The notes beneath the pieces are model-generated. The model was given only the letters and a program-made list of their open reading frames with translations. It did not search any database and was not told where the DNA came from. A stretch of DNA of 64,000 nt from assembly GCA_965603825.1 (NCBI GenBank), contig CBFDEM010000004.1:558001-622000 (forward strand), given 5' to 3'. The DNA is from Blepharisma stoltei ATCC 30299 (taxonomy: Eukaryota > Protista > Ciliophora). The first letter of the stretch is position 1, and each line of letters begins with the position of its first letter. Below, in pieces: positions 1-14,100 of this stretch. Position numbers and translations under genes: made by a program.

Positions 1-84
1 ATTTGATGGGAATTCTCTATAAGTTAAATATTTTGTTTAGCATATAAGCACCATTTTAACTGTATTATTAATGGAATTACATAT

Positions 85-1296
85 TTATCTTGTATCTCTA
101 TGACCTTTATTCACTTTATTCCCACTTTTATAAGCTGAATAAGCCCTGCTCTTTACTTCAACTTTTTCACTGCCTATAGCTGGTGCTGTATTAGGCCTAT
201 TTCTTTTTTTCAAGCCTTCCTTATTTCCTTTGTCTTCAGATTTGTCAGCTTTTACTCCCTCATTTGCTATAAGTCATGCATTTGGCCTTTTTCTATTTAC
301 ATTCACATTAACAGGACTTACTCTTCTTTTTGACGCCCCAGCAGGTGAGTTATCCCTATCCCCCTTCTTTTCAGGTACTTTTATATTTAGTGATTTCCAC
401 ATATCTTGATGCAGTGATTCAGTCAGCTTCTGCAGATCTTCGTGGCTGATCCCATTGATTTCTTTTTTATTAAAGCAGTTCCCAATAATTTCTCCTCCTG
501 CCCTTATCCTCTGCGGCTTTTCATTTTTCATGACTAATAAAGGAGCTCGATACTCGATTTGTTCAGCTCCTTTCATACAAGATCTCAATATAGCATGCCC
601 GTCTTCAACAGGATTTTTGCTCGAAGGATGTGGGATATCGACTAATTTTTCTTTTTCATCGGTATGGTTATCAGCCCAATTTAGCTTATTCAACTTTTCA
701 ATCTCTTCAAGTGCGTCATCATAATGTACAAAAGGACCCATCTGTGCATTCAAAAACGTGTTTCTCAGCACATGCTCTTCTGGATCAAGAAAAATTTCTT
801 CATCCCAGCTTGAGGAAACTGGTCCATTTCCTTGCTTTAATAAACGATTTTCTAATGCAGCTAATTGCTGTATAAACGGAGGCCTCAGATCCATATCTGG
901 ACGTCGAGAGTTCAAGAATTCCAAGGTTTTGAATAGAGTTCAGCGGTATTTTTGTACAAAGTAGCTTGCTAAAGCGCATATACATCGAGATCGGCCTCTG
1001 ACTGAATGAACCAAAACGCTTTCGCCTAGATTGTGAGCAATTTCAATAAAATCAAAGATTTGAGTGATGGTTTCGTTTCTGACATCAAATAAAATTTGAG
1101 AGTCATTGTCAAGCCAGTATAGACTCAGATATTGGACTCCAATTGGTTCCCAATGATTTGGAACTTGGCGAGCTGCACAGTTTATGATATGAGTGACTTT
1201 GTTGGCTACAACGAATTCAAGGTCTTGAGAGGAAAATTCATCCCCGATAAATAGACCATCTTTTACCTTGATTGGACCTATAAGCTCCATTTCCAT
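85..1296 (-). CDS. Dual-specificity phosphatase-like protein, catalytic Cys replaced by Ser
   Basis: ORFs 940-1296 and 274-924 join in frame through TGA=Trp at 940-942 (QKYR-W-TLFKTLEFLNSRRP). The frame continues through TGA 274-276 to TAA at 85-87. DSPc motifs: GLFIGD, THIINCA, VLVHSVRGRSR. Confidence 0.85.
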
Positions 1297-1624
1297 CTTC
1301 TTTATTTAAATCTTTACATTTTTGATGCAAAACAGCATATGAAATTAATTTGAGGAATATAAGCATATCAATCTTAAATTCAAATATTAACTTTTTTGAA
1401 ATGGCTCAATTCGGTGAAAGAATGCTTACCTGCTTTTAGAGGATCAATATTGGATATTGAAATATATTTCACGTTTGCTATTTTTTTAAATTCTTTTATA
1501 ATAATTACATAACTATTAGTGGATATACTTTTAATTTAAACTAAAAACTTCATTTTTCGATTTATACATTCTAACAACATTATTACTCGATAAAATTTGA
1601 TTATTCATAAAGCCAAACAGTTAT

Positions 1625-2302
1625 TTAAAAAATAAATCCAAGGCTAAAAGCAACCGATATATATATACTTGAGCTAGAATTTTCTGTAGTTGTATCGTTA
1701 TTTGTATTAGTGCTTTGACTTTCGCCATTAGTATTTTGGCTAACAGTAGCTTGAGTCAAAGGGCTTGCATCATAGGCTAAAACGATAGAATCACTGCTTG
1801 TTCCTGAGCTGCTATGCTGAGCAATATCCCCACCAGCAATATTCCCTTTTGCTGAAATTGTTAAATATTGTCCATTTATTTGTAAACTGAGATCATCATT
1901 ATCTTCAGTATTTAATTGCCTGGTCCAGGAATAAACTGTATATGTATCCATTATCAACTGCTGTGTCTCTTGAAGACTATTTTTCCCACCATTTGATGTG
2001 TCTAAAGAAGGATAACCATTATCACTAGCAAAACGATCATCAGTTTGCCCTGAAGAGGTTTCAATTGTAATAATATCAGCCCCTGTCATAGCATAGCTAG
2101 AGGATGAGGGAAGGAATCCGATCCCAATTCATTCCCAGTTTGAAGTCCCTACGTATTCTGTGGGCAGTAAATAGTAAAATGTTATAGTTGAGTTATCTGG
2201 GAAATATCACGCAAGTTGTGTTCCTATAGAAAGCGATTGAATAATTGCTGATAATCCTAAAGGAATAAAAGATTGAAGTGCGAGATACACCAGAAATAAC
2301 AT
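1625..2302 (-). CDS. Secreted or surface DOMON-domain protein
   Basis: ATG at 2302 and signal peptide MLFLVYLALQSFIPLGLSA. TGA=Trp at 2207-2209 and 2129-2131 gives DOMON motif W-IGIGF...MTGADII, then DRFA...YPSLD and WTRQLNTED. Ser/Thr-rich stalk and hydrophobic C-terminus suggest a possible GPI signal. Confidence 0.8.
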
Positions 2303-2712
2303 ATTTTTGTTATTTATTTAAATTTAAAATGGATACCGATAATATTTTAATTTTAAAAATTCAATTTTTCATTGAATCGTAACATAATAGCCTATTTGAT
2401 GTGAAAATAAACTATCCAATTTGAAGAATAAAAATATAGACATAAAACTATTAGTAAAAAGGATTTAAAAGGTCCAGGAAGATAGCAAAATTTTTAAGTC
2501 AGAAAATAAGAAAAAGGGGGAAGTGTAAGTAAGGACAATACCTCAATTTTGATATTATTCGCGTCTAAAAATTTATTATAAAGAAGATATATATTTTTAT
2601 ATTAGTAAAGTAAAATTAAAAAAATTTCATTAAAAATTAATAAAAAACAAAAAGATACTTATTTTTTGACCTAGGATAGATTTCATATTTACTGATTTAC
2701 TTTAGTTTTATA

Positions 2713-3444
2713 ATGATGCTTTTAAGACAAACTGCAAAAATACTTAGGAAAAATATTTTTATTTCTCGAGCATTCAGCATTGATCCAAAGCAAGATAATC
2801 AAAAAGAAAATAACGAACAAAATGATCAGCCTAAAAGTTATAAAGGCTTGATGTTTATGGGCGGATTATTAGGAATCGCATCATCTATTCTCTTACAAAA
2901 ATATATACCAGCTAGCAAAGAAGTTGATAAGCCAAAAACTCGAGTCGCATCAGAGAATAAGATTGGAGGTCCTTGAAAAATGATTGATTCTCAAGGGAAG
3001 CAGGTTACAGACCAAGATTTCAGGGGTTCTTATGTCATTTACTATTTTGGCTTTACAAGATGTCCTGATATTTGCCCAACCTCTCTGAAAAAGCTCAGCT
3101 CAGCAATGAATATATTAAAGGAAAAAGGAATAAATGATATAAAATACTTATTTGTATCTTTAGATGCTGAAAGAGACACTCCAGAAGAAGTAGGAAGATT
3201 TACAAATTTATTTCATAAAGAAATCAATGGACTATTGGTTCCAGTTGAAGACTTACCGGATTTTTTAAAGAAATACAAGCTTTATAGCAATAAGATTTAT
3301 AATGGGGAAGATTACATGCTGGATCATACATCTTATATGTATCTTTTTGATAAAAATGGTCAATTTATGAACGTATTAGCATCAAACTTGAGTGATAAAG
3401 GGATTGCAAGAAGCATTGAGATTGAAATTGAGAAAAATAAATAA
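2713..3444 (+). CDS. SCO1: Cytochrome c oxidase copper chaperone SCO1/SenC
   Basis: Mitochondrial-type presequence, TM segment, IGGP-W(TGA 2974-2976)-KMID, FGFTRCPDICP (CxxxC) and DYMLDHT. Confidence 0.92.
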
Positions 3445-3532
3445 TAGGTTTTTAATAGCACATCTGCAAGCTTATATATTAATTTTTACAATGGCATATT
3501 TGTAGTTATTGTTAACTTTATTTAAAATTCAG

Positions 3533-4888
3533 CTAAGATAACTCGATTGAATTTTTCCAAAAAATTGCTCCAAAGATAAATTTCCCTATAAAGTTCAAAA
3601 TCGAGATTATTGCAGCAAACCTTTTAATCCCATCGTCATTTATCTCTGATCCCTCCATCCATTTCTGAATAAAAATTACTGATAAATAGATCCAAATTCA
3701 TATCAAATCATAAATTTGAGAGATAATGATTGCAAAAGCTAAAAACTTATAGTGGAAAGCAACATTTGTATGTGTAATATAGTAATAAATTGCCAAAATC
3801 CCAATCAAAAGCTAAATAAAAGTTACATTAAAGAAATCAGGTCTCACGAACATAGACAATGTTGAGAAAAATAGCAATAAATATATAGACAGTTGGTTAG
3901 CGAAAGACCATTTAATGGTTCCAACCCCAAAAGCTCTTGCAGCAACATCATCCATTTTAGCTGAGAATTGCTGTTCAGTTCTTTGGAAAACAGGGTTTGA
4001 AAGTATTCATTCCCCAGTGCCACCAAAAATAGACTCAAGATCTTTGTAATATTTTTCCATTTCTTGCAATTCTGATTTATCTTCATCTATAATATCATGA
4101 AACTGGTTAATAAGCCCTTCTAAATACTTTGGCAGGTCATAAATTCATTGGAAAGCTAGATAAATTTTCCCAGAGATTTTATCAGTTGCATTTTTTCCTG
4201 CCAAGTCTAGGGCGTCTTCATGCAATTGTTGATCCGTAAGGGCGCTGAAAGGGACTGAAACTTCTCCTAAAAATGCTGAAGGCTTCCCTCTATCAGAATC
4301 AAAAACTTCAATTAATATTTTTCCTGTTCCATTGCTGACGAAAAATGAAAAAGTCTCATTCCATGTAGGGCTTTTTGGATTTGGAAAAGGTTGTGTGGTG
4401 ATTTCTTGACTTTCACAAGATACTTTGACTAGAGGAGCTTTATTCCCTGTTAAACCAGCAGCTTTTAGGCCTTCAGCTTTTTTGACAGTCACTGTTAATA
4501 CATTTTGGCGTTCAGACCTGCTAGCTTTTGCCTCAATAAACTGACGTCGAGTATCTGAGAGTTTTTGAGTGTTTTCAGCAATTGCTATTTTTAATTGATC
4601 GAGTCGAGATTTAACCAAGGTTTCTGCTTGATAATAGCCTGATACAAATTCATCTATAGATACCAAAGAATTTTGATCTTTATCGAGTGTTTTGAAGATT
4701 TCGTTCAAAAGAATTGGATTGAAGGGCTTGCGACATTTTTTCGATAAATAGGAATTTATTTCTTCAAATGATAATTGCTGGTCTTGATTTGTATCTATGT
4801 CAGAAAATTCTTTTTTGATCTGGTTCACTCGCTCATTGTTAGATTGACTTGTTGAGAGAAGACTTTTATCTAGCGAAGCATCAGTCAT
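3533..4888 (-). CDS. EF-hand + C2-domain membrane protein with C-terminal TM segments
   Basis: Two EF-hands (DTNQDQQLSFEE, DKDQNSLVSIDE) and a C2 domain (PTWNETFSF, IEVFDSD). The frame continues through TGA=Trp codons (first at 4145-4147) and two 15-nt introns to TAG at 3533-3535. Confidence 0.8.
3665..3679 (-). other. 15-nt intron (in-frame, stopless)
   Basis: GTAATTTTTATTCAG matches the same consensus exactly. Confidence 0.65.
3812..3826 (-). other. 15-nt spliceosomal intron
   Basis: GTAACTTTTATTTAG fits GTA-N5-TA-N3-AG and contains an in-frame TAG. Removal restores RPDFFN-LLIGIL. Confidence 0.85.
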
Positions 4889-5173
4889 ATTTAATATGAA
4901 AGCAAATCAAATTTTCTAATAAGAAAATGGAAGAGAGCTTATAATTGCTATCATAATAAGTGCATCAAAGTAATAATCCAAATAAATTAAATTGCCAATG
5001 ATAAATTTATTTTATGAATATATAATTTCTATTTTCTATGAAACTCCTTTTTCCTGCCCTTATAACTGTTTACCTTAATTTTCAATTAATCTTTTTCCTC
5101 TACAGTCTATTGAAATTCCATTGCAGAATTTCCAGTTAATTTTGCATTTTGCATCCATTCTTATAATATTAAA

Positions 5174-8100
5174 ATGAATCCATCCGATCCCAGCTCAAAG
5201 CCGCTGACGGATCTCAAATACCTTATTAACTTCGTCTTCAGCCAAATTGAGTCCAAACAAGAGGTGAAATCAATGCTTGAGAAATTTTCAGCCCAGGTCG
5301 AGACTACTTTACATCAAATTTGTGGCAAAGTGACTATTGAAATCCCAGAACTTCCCGCCGATGTCAGTGAAGAGGAAATTCTAGCCACGCGTGGCGAAGA
5401 ATTGCAAGCAGCCATGGAGGTCTGAACTAACAAAATCAAAGAAGTCATTGCAACTGAAAAAGCCAAAAAGCCTGAAAGCACTAATTCTGCTATGGCTGAA
5501 ATCGAGTTTTGGAAAAACCGAAGCGCAGTTTTGACGACTTTGCATCAGCAATTTAACCTTCCAGGAGTAAAAAGAATCGAAAACGTCATGCAGATTGCGA
5601 AAAATTCATATGACAACTTAACATATGAAAATTTCAGAAAAGAAATGGCAAATTTGAATAAAATCTTTTCAGTCGCCAAGGATAATGTAAAGTTTTTAAA
5701 TACCCTGGAAAGGCAGTTTAAGACAATACAGGGAGGAAATTTGGTGGCTATTGATGAAACGCTTACAAGCTTGATGAATGGGCTTAGACTAGTGTGGACG
5801 ATTTCAAGACACTATAAGGGAGATGAAATGCTTAATTTAATGACTTGCATTGCGAATGAAATAGCTGATAAAGTGGAGTCACAAATTAGAGTCAATGAAA
5901 TTTTCAAAAAAGATAATTTAAAAGAATCTCAAGATATCATTGAAAAAGGCATCAAAGTCCTTGAAAAATGGTCAGAAACATTTTCTGCAACTCGAAGAGA
6001 AGTTGAAAGTGGCGAGTCTCATTGGCCTTATGACCAGAAAAAACTCTTTGAAAGGACTAAGCATATGACCAAAGTCTTAAAAGACTTAAAAAAAGCTGTC
6101 ATCTGCATCCAAGAATTTAAAAGCTTTTTAGGTGAAGATCTCATCAAAGTCACTGAAGACACTGCTGGCATTAATGACATGATTGAGCAAGTCAGCATTT
6201 TATCAAAGCCTCTTGAAATGTTTTCTAAACCTTTTGCTGTTGATAGTCTAAAGCTCTGAATTACAACTTACGCTAAATTCGAAGAAGAAGTAAAAATAAT
6301 TGAAGATAAGACAATTATCATGATCCAAATGGTCTTCAAAGGTCTAAGATCTGCTGAAGGCGCTTTTGACCTAATCCAAAACCTCAAAAATGTCAGGACA
6401 AGAGACAGAATTAAGGACGAAATGCAGAAAAAATACACAGATATTTTAGAAAAATACGGTGATGAAGTCAGAGTCATGAGCGAGCTTTTTGGCAGCTTTA
6501 AAGAAATTCCTCCAATAAGTAAAGGAAAGCCACCTTGTGCAGGAAAAATTGCATGGAGTGAGGCCATTTTCCAAAGAGTGAAAAAACCAATCATGAAATT
6601 CAAATCAAGAGAAAATTTATTAGAAGAAAATGAAGGGAAAAAAGTGTGCAAGGCATATTTTCAGCTAGGCAAGCAGATTAGGCATGAGTATCAAGAAACC
6701 ATTATCAATGATTGAAGCAAGAAATCAAACGACATTGCTACAGACTCACTAAAACGATACATTTTAAAGAAAGAAGGAGAGTCCTTTGCAGTAGATTTTG
6801 ATCCAGCGCTTGAAATGATGATTAGAGAAGCAAAGTACATGAAACAAGATGCTTTGTCGAATACAGTGCTCAATGTAGCTCTGCAAGAAAAAGACTATAG
6901 AAAACATGTAGATCAGCTTAATGCGATGCTATCTGAGTATAACCTAACTGTGGGAACTCTTCAGCCTGAAGAAAAAAAACTGCTTAGAGATCATATAGCT
7001 GATTTAAACAGCTCTTTAGAGCCGGGTTTGGCTTCTTATAACTGGCACTCCTTAGGTATCAAAACTTTTATTGAAAACTGTAGAAAAGCTTTAAAAGAGT
7101 TCACAGTTATTAAATCCCAAGTTTATAAGCAAAGAGACATGATTGAAGAAAGAGTTAAAGCTATTGAAGAAGCCAAAATCGTCAAGGAATTTGACTGGAC
7201 TAGAAAAGACAGTGAAAACGTCATGGATTTAATGGAATTCTACGATTTCATTGAAAACCGAAGACAAGAAGTGGTCAATGAGCTCTTCAAAAAATACTCA
7301 GAAATCAGCGACAATTTGCTATCCATTGAAGAAATCACTCTCAGAACCAAAACTAAAGGTGCAGAATCCATGGTCAAATATTATGGCTACTGGGAAAAGA
7401 GGATTTTTAATGCCATCACCACAATGGTTATCAGAGGTCTCCTTACCATAAAAGCATTATTTACCAAGCAGGAAGACCGCCCTCCTCTCTTCAAAATCAT
7501 GTCATCCTTCACTCCACCTAAAATAACATTCCACCCCTCCCAGCAGGACATCTACAACGTCTTGCAAAAATTAGTTACAAACATCCTTGAATCTGCTAAG
7601 GCCTTCCCAAGATGGCAAAAAGGCCGCTGTGAGCTTTGCAAGCCTAGGGAGAAAATGGATACAATCGAGTATATACATAATTTCTACTCAGATGTTGGAA
7701 AAATTAAAAATATCGTCACAATCCATATGAGTGTTAATGAAATGATAGAAAGACTGTCCAAGAAGATGGGAAACATCACAAAAACACTGGAACATCAGTA
7801 TAAGACTCTTTCTGATGACAAGCTTAAGTCCAAATACGAAAAAAACGGAGAAAACATGAGTTTGTCGTTTATTGAGTTTAATATGAACAGAAATAGCTAC
7901 TCAATAATTGACTACAAAAATGTCAAGGCAGAACGCAGGGTCCTTTTTATGCTTATTGATGACACAAATACCCGCCGCTCTGTAAAACGTGAAGCTAAAA
8001 AATGACTTGACCTCTTCTCCAACATTCTTTACGACAAAGCTTCAAATAGCTTACGAGTTCTTTTAGAAGAAATGGAAACCATTAAAAAAGAGCTTCAAGA

Positions 8101-11100
8101 GACCCCAAGTGACATCACCAGTATGAAAAATCTTCTAAGCGTCATCTCAAAAATAAATTCTTCCCACATGGCTAAAGAATTCAAAATCCTTGAAGTCGAA
8201 GAAATGTACAGAACCATCGAAATGTACAACAAAGAAAGCCTAGATGACCCAGTCCGTCAAGAAACCTACGAAGAGTCCAAAATCCTTTCTAAAAGGTGGC
8301 GAGATCTCCGTCGTGACGCAAATCAAAAAAACTACTCCATGCTGAAATACAAAGAAAGATTCGCCGAAGAAACCAAAGTAGATGTACTGAAGTTTCAGAA
8401 GCAGCTGAAAGACTCTTATAAGCGCTACAAAGAAACAGGCCCTGGCGCCGCAGAAACTTCTTTAAAAGAAGGAGTGGTTTCATTAGCTCATTTCGAAGAA
8501 GAAGTATCCAGGCTCAACAAAATCAGAGTGGACTTAGTGCTTGCTGAGCAACTTCTGGGACTTCCTATAAGCTCATTTGAAGAGCTTGCAGCAATGGAAG
8601 AGTCAAATAAAAGACTTAAAGACTTATATGGAATCTACACTGAGCTCCAAACGAAAATAGAGAAATGGAGCTCGATGCCTTGGAACGATATTGATATTAA
8701 CGTCATAGAAAAAGATTCCGATGAGCTCTATAAGAAAACCATGAAGCTAGAAGCGGAATATGAAAATAACCCCACTTATGAAAAACTGAGAAATGAAGTG
8801 ACTGGATTTAAGCAGAGTGTGCCATTGATCAGAACCATGAAAAGCGAAAACGTCAAAACTCGGCATTGGGTGAAACTCTTGGCAGCGATTGGGTATGAGC
8901 AGAAATTAGACTTAAAGAACATTACATTGCAGCAAGTGTTTGACTTAGGACTGCAAAATCACCAGGAAAAAGTAGATGAAATTGCAACTGAAGCAAGAAA
9001 TGAAGCTGCGAATGACCAGATTTTGACAACCATTGAGAATTTGTGGAAAGTCAGAGTGTTTCCAATGGGAAAGTATAAGCGTGGAGTTGAAGATAAAGGG
9101 TGGGTCATCTTAAACTGTGATGAAATTAAGGAAATCATTGATGATCAGTTATCAGACCTATCCAAATTGACAAACACTAAATATGCAGGGCCATTCATGG
9201 AAAGAATTCGAACCTTGGAAAAGCAAATCAATATCATTTCTGACTGTATCGATTTATGGCTTGCTGTCCAAAGGAAATGGCAATACCTCGAAAGCATTTT
9301 TGTAGGTAGTGAAGATATCAGACTTATGCTTAAAGAAGAGGTCAAAAAATTTGACAGAATAGACAAATCGTTCAGAAAGCTCATGGAAAACACCAATAAA
9401 AATCCAAATGTCTTAGCTGCTTGTTATCAAGATGCTTTTCGCCCAGAAGAGCGTAAAGATGAGCTAAAAGGGATTTCCAAAGATCTAGATCAGTGCCAGA
9501 AAAGACTTTCAAACTATCTAGATACCAAAAAAGGCTCATTCCCAAGATTCTACTTCATTTCTGATGATGAGCTTCTTAGCATTTTAGGTTCCAGTAACCC
9601 TGAAGATATCCAACAGCATATGCTTAAGCTTTATGACAACTGCAAAGAGCTCAAATTCAGTAGAAATAAGATGGTCCTTGGTATGTTTTCAGAAGAAGGA
9701 GAAGAATACTCATTTGCAAACTCTGTAAAGCCAGAAGGCCCCGTAGAAACCTGAATGAACAAGCTTGATGACGAAATGATTGACACCCTTCACAAAATGA
9801 CGAAAGAAGGAACCTATTATTATGCAGAAAGCGAAAGAATCCCATGGATCCTTGACCATATTGGTATGGTCGCCATTGCAGGCACTCAAATTTGGTGGAC
9901 TTGGAGCGTGGAAGACGTATTTCGAAGAGTAAAAGAAGGAAACAAGCACGCAATGAAAGAAGAAAGCGCCAAGGAGACAGCGAATTTGGTAGCTTTGATT
10001 GACTTGGTAAGGACTGATTTGCCAAGGCTGCAGATGAAGAAAGTGAACACATTGATTATTTTAGACGTCCATGCTAGGGATATTGTTGATAGATTTGTGA
10101 GAGACTCGATATTAGACGCCAAAGAATTTGAGTGGGAGTCGCAGCTCAGGTTTTATTGGGACAGAGATGTGGATGATATTGTGGTTAGACAGTGCACTGG
10201 GGATTTCAAATATTGCTATGAATATGAAGGGCTTAATGGAAGACTGGTCATCACTCCACTAACAGACAGATGCGTCATGACTTTAACTACTGCTCTTACT
10301 TTCAAACTTGGAGGAGCTCCAGCAGGCCCAGCAGGAACTGGAAAAACAGAAACTGTCAAAGACTTAGCCAAATCCTTAGCCATCAGATGCGTTGTCACCA
10401 ACTGTGGAGAAGGTCTTGATTACCAAGCTATGGGCACTATCTTCAGTGGTCTTGTCCAAACTGGTTTTTGGGGCTGCTTCGATGAGTTTAACAGAATCAA
10501 CGTCGAAGTCCTTTCTGTCATCTCGATCCAAATCAAAACTATTCAAAACTCCTTAAATGCTAAAAAGAACACAGTCGACTTGCTAGGAAAAGAAATTCCC
10601 CTTGTTGACACAGTTGGAATTTTTGTCACCATGAACCCTGGCTATGCCGGCAGAAGTGAGTTACCTGACAACTTAAAAGCCCTATTCAGGCCTTGCACTA
10701 TGGTCGTCCCTGATATGATCTTGATTTGTGAAATTATGCTTATGTCTGAAGGGTTCACCCTAGCAAGAATTTTAGCTAAGAAAATGACTGTGCTGTACAA
10801 ATTAGCCCAAGAGCAGCTATCTAAGCAGTATCACTATGATTTTGGGCTGAGAGCTCTTAAGTCTGTGCTCGTCATGGCTGGATCTCTGAAAAGAGGCTCC
10901 CCTGATATGAGCGAAGATTTGGTCCTAATGAGAGCACTGAGAGATATGAATAAGCCAAAATTCGTATATGAAGATGTCCCATTGTTTATGGGCTTGATCA
11001 ATGATTTGTTCCCAAGCTTAGACTGTCCTAGAGTGGTCTATGATAATTTGAAAACAGAAGTTATCAACTATTTCAACGCTCATGGCTTTATGCATTCAGA

Positions 11101-14100
11101 TGAAGAGAAATTCCTAAAGCAAGTCGATAAAGTAATGCAACTTCATGAAACTATGCTTACCAGGCACACAACTATGGTTGTAGGACCGACAGGAGGTGGA
11201 AAAACAACAGTAATTTATGCATTGAAAAATGGGTATCAAGGTGTAGAGCAAGATATGAAGGTCCATATTGACGTGCTGAACTGTAAATCAATCACTTTGA
11301 AAGAACTTTATGGCGAACTTGACCCTGCTACCAGAGATTGGACTGATGGGTTGCTAAGTAAATTATTCAGAATAATGAACTTACCTATTCCAGAAGGCAA
11401 AAAAGAAAAAAGATGGATTTTGTATGATGGTGACGTTGATGCTCTTTGGGTCGAAAACATGAACAGCGTTATGGATGATAATAAACTGCTTACACTTAAT
11501 AATGGTGAGAGAATCAGGCTTGAAAAATACTGCGCCATGCTTTACGAGGTCTATGATTTGCAATACGCCTCTCCAGCCACCATTTCTAGATGCGGTATGG
11601 TCTACGTTGATGATAAAGATCTAGGGTACCAGCCTTACTATGAAAGATGGGCCAAGAGCAAGACTGACCAAGGAGAAAATAATATCAGCGACACTTTAAT
11701 TGTGCTTTTCAATAGATATATTGATAGATGCATAGGACGAATTTTAGAAGGAAAAATGGAAGAAGACAACTTTACTGAGCCACTTGCTATGGCTGTCCAA
11801 AGGAGTGGCTTAAACATGGTTATGCAGCTTTGCACTATGATGGACATTTTACTACCTACCGACAGCTCCCACACTGATGTTGAGTTTATTGAGCCACTCT
11901 TTGTATTTGCTATGCTTTGGTCCTTAGGAGCTTGCTTAGTCTCAGAAGATCGTCCTAAATTCGAAGCATTCTTAAAGAATATTGTAGACGGGAAACTGCC
12001 TCCAACAAACTACTACAATTACTATTGGGATAGGAGTTTAAGAGATTGGAGACCATGGGAAGAAAGAGTCAGAGCTAAAGGATTTGAGCTTCCATCAGAT
12101 AGAAAATTCTCCAAAATCCTAGTTCCTACTATTGACACAGAAAGACACATATGACTTCTATCAGAGCTGATTTCAAGAAAAATCCCTACGATTTTCACAG
12201 GAGAAAGCGGGACAAGTAAAACAGTCACCATTCAAAATTTCATTGAAGGTTTAGAGCCAACCTTGTATCAAGTCCTAAATATCAATTTTTCCTCAAGAAC
12301 TTCTTCTGCAAATGTCATGAGCAATTTAGCTGAAAAATTAGCTAAAAGAAGTGGGAAATTAGTTGGGCCTTCTATGGGGACAAAACTGATCGTGTTCGTG
12401 GATGACATGCACATGCCGAATTTCGATAAATATGGCACCCAACAACCTATTGCGTTTTTCAAGTTTTTGATCGACAAAGGGTACTATTTTGATATGGCAA
12501 CTCTCGAAGAGCAGCATGTAGTTGACACAACTTACTTGTGCTCAATGCAGCCACCTGGTGGTGGAAGATCTCCAACAGATCCAAGGTTTTTATCACTATT
12601 TAATGTCTTCAACATCACTTTTCCATCTGATGACTCACTGAAACACATTTTCAAGTCCATTTTGAGCAAGCATTTAGAAAGCTTTGGCAACGAAATCATC
12701 GACTCAGCTGAGCACTTAACTGACGCTACATTAAAACTCCACAAAGAAATCTTAGAAAAACTCCCAAGAACCCCAGTGAAATTCCATTACATCTTCAATC
12801 TTCGTGACTTATCAAGAGTTTTTGAAGGCCTATTCCAGGCCACATATGAAGTATTTTCCACTCTCCCTGAATTTATTAAGCTATGGAGAAATGAGTGCAC
12901 TCGTGTATATGCAGATAGGCTTATTGACTTCACTGATCGGAACCTGGTTACCGAGGAAATTCTGCCAAGACTTCTGCGCCAGCACTTTGCTGAACAGTCT
13001 GAGTATGCAATGCAAGAGCCTTTGCTTTATGGTGATTTCAGATTTGCTGACCCTGTTGAGCATAGTTCTGAGGAAGCTCGACTTTATGAAGACCTCAAAG
13101 AGTACCAAGTCGCAACAGATAAGTTTAATAAGCTTCTCAAAGAATACAACGAAGAGCGAGTTCCAATGAACTTGGTGCTTTTCAACTATGCAATTGACCA
13201 TCTCACTAGGATTCACCGCATCTTCAGAATGGCCCGTGGAAATGCACTGCTTGTAGGTGTCGGAGGTTCAGGCAAACAAAGTTTAACCAGGCTTGCTGCT
13301 TTTACAGCAGAGCATGAGTTGTTCCAAATCTCGTTGACTAAAAACTACTCTGAGGCCAACTTCAAAGAAGACTTGAAAATCCTCTTCGAGAAGCTTAAAG
13401 AAAAGTCTGTTGTATTTTTGATCACTGATAACCACATCAAAGAAGAAAGCTTTTTAGAGTTCATCAACAATATTCTCACTATGGGAATGGTCCCTGCTCT
13501 CTACACAGAGGATGAAAAATACTCACTTGTCAGACCTCTTGAAGACGAAATGAAGCGTGAAGGCTTAATCAACCCAAATAAGGATATCAAGTGGACTTAT
13601 TTCATCAATAAAGCCAGAGATAACTTGCACATAGTCCTCGCTATGTCTCCTGCTTCAGATACTCTCAGAATCAGATGTAGAAATTTCCCTGGGCTTGTAA
13701 ACTGTACTTCAATTGATTGGTTCTTCAGCTGGCCTGAAGACGCCCTATTAAGTGTCGCTAGTTACTTTATGAAAGGAAAAGACCTGCCAGATGAGCATCG
13801 CCCTAATATCGAGCAGCACATTGTGAAAACCCATTCCTCAATTTTTGTGTTTTCCAAAGAATTTGAGAACACAATGAAGCGTAAAAACCACGCAACTCCT
13901 AAAAATTTTTTGGACTATATTAATACCTATATTAGCATGCTTGCTGTCAAGCGAAAAGAAATCGATATCAACGTAGTCAGACTAGAAAACGGGCTTGTTA
14001 AGCTCAGGGACTCTTCAGAAAAAGTTGACGTCATGTCAAAAGAACTTGAAGTTAAGAAAAAAGAAGTGGACATCAAGAAAAGCGAAGTCGAAAGCATGAT

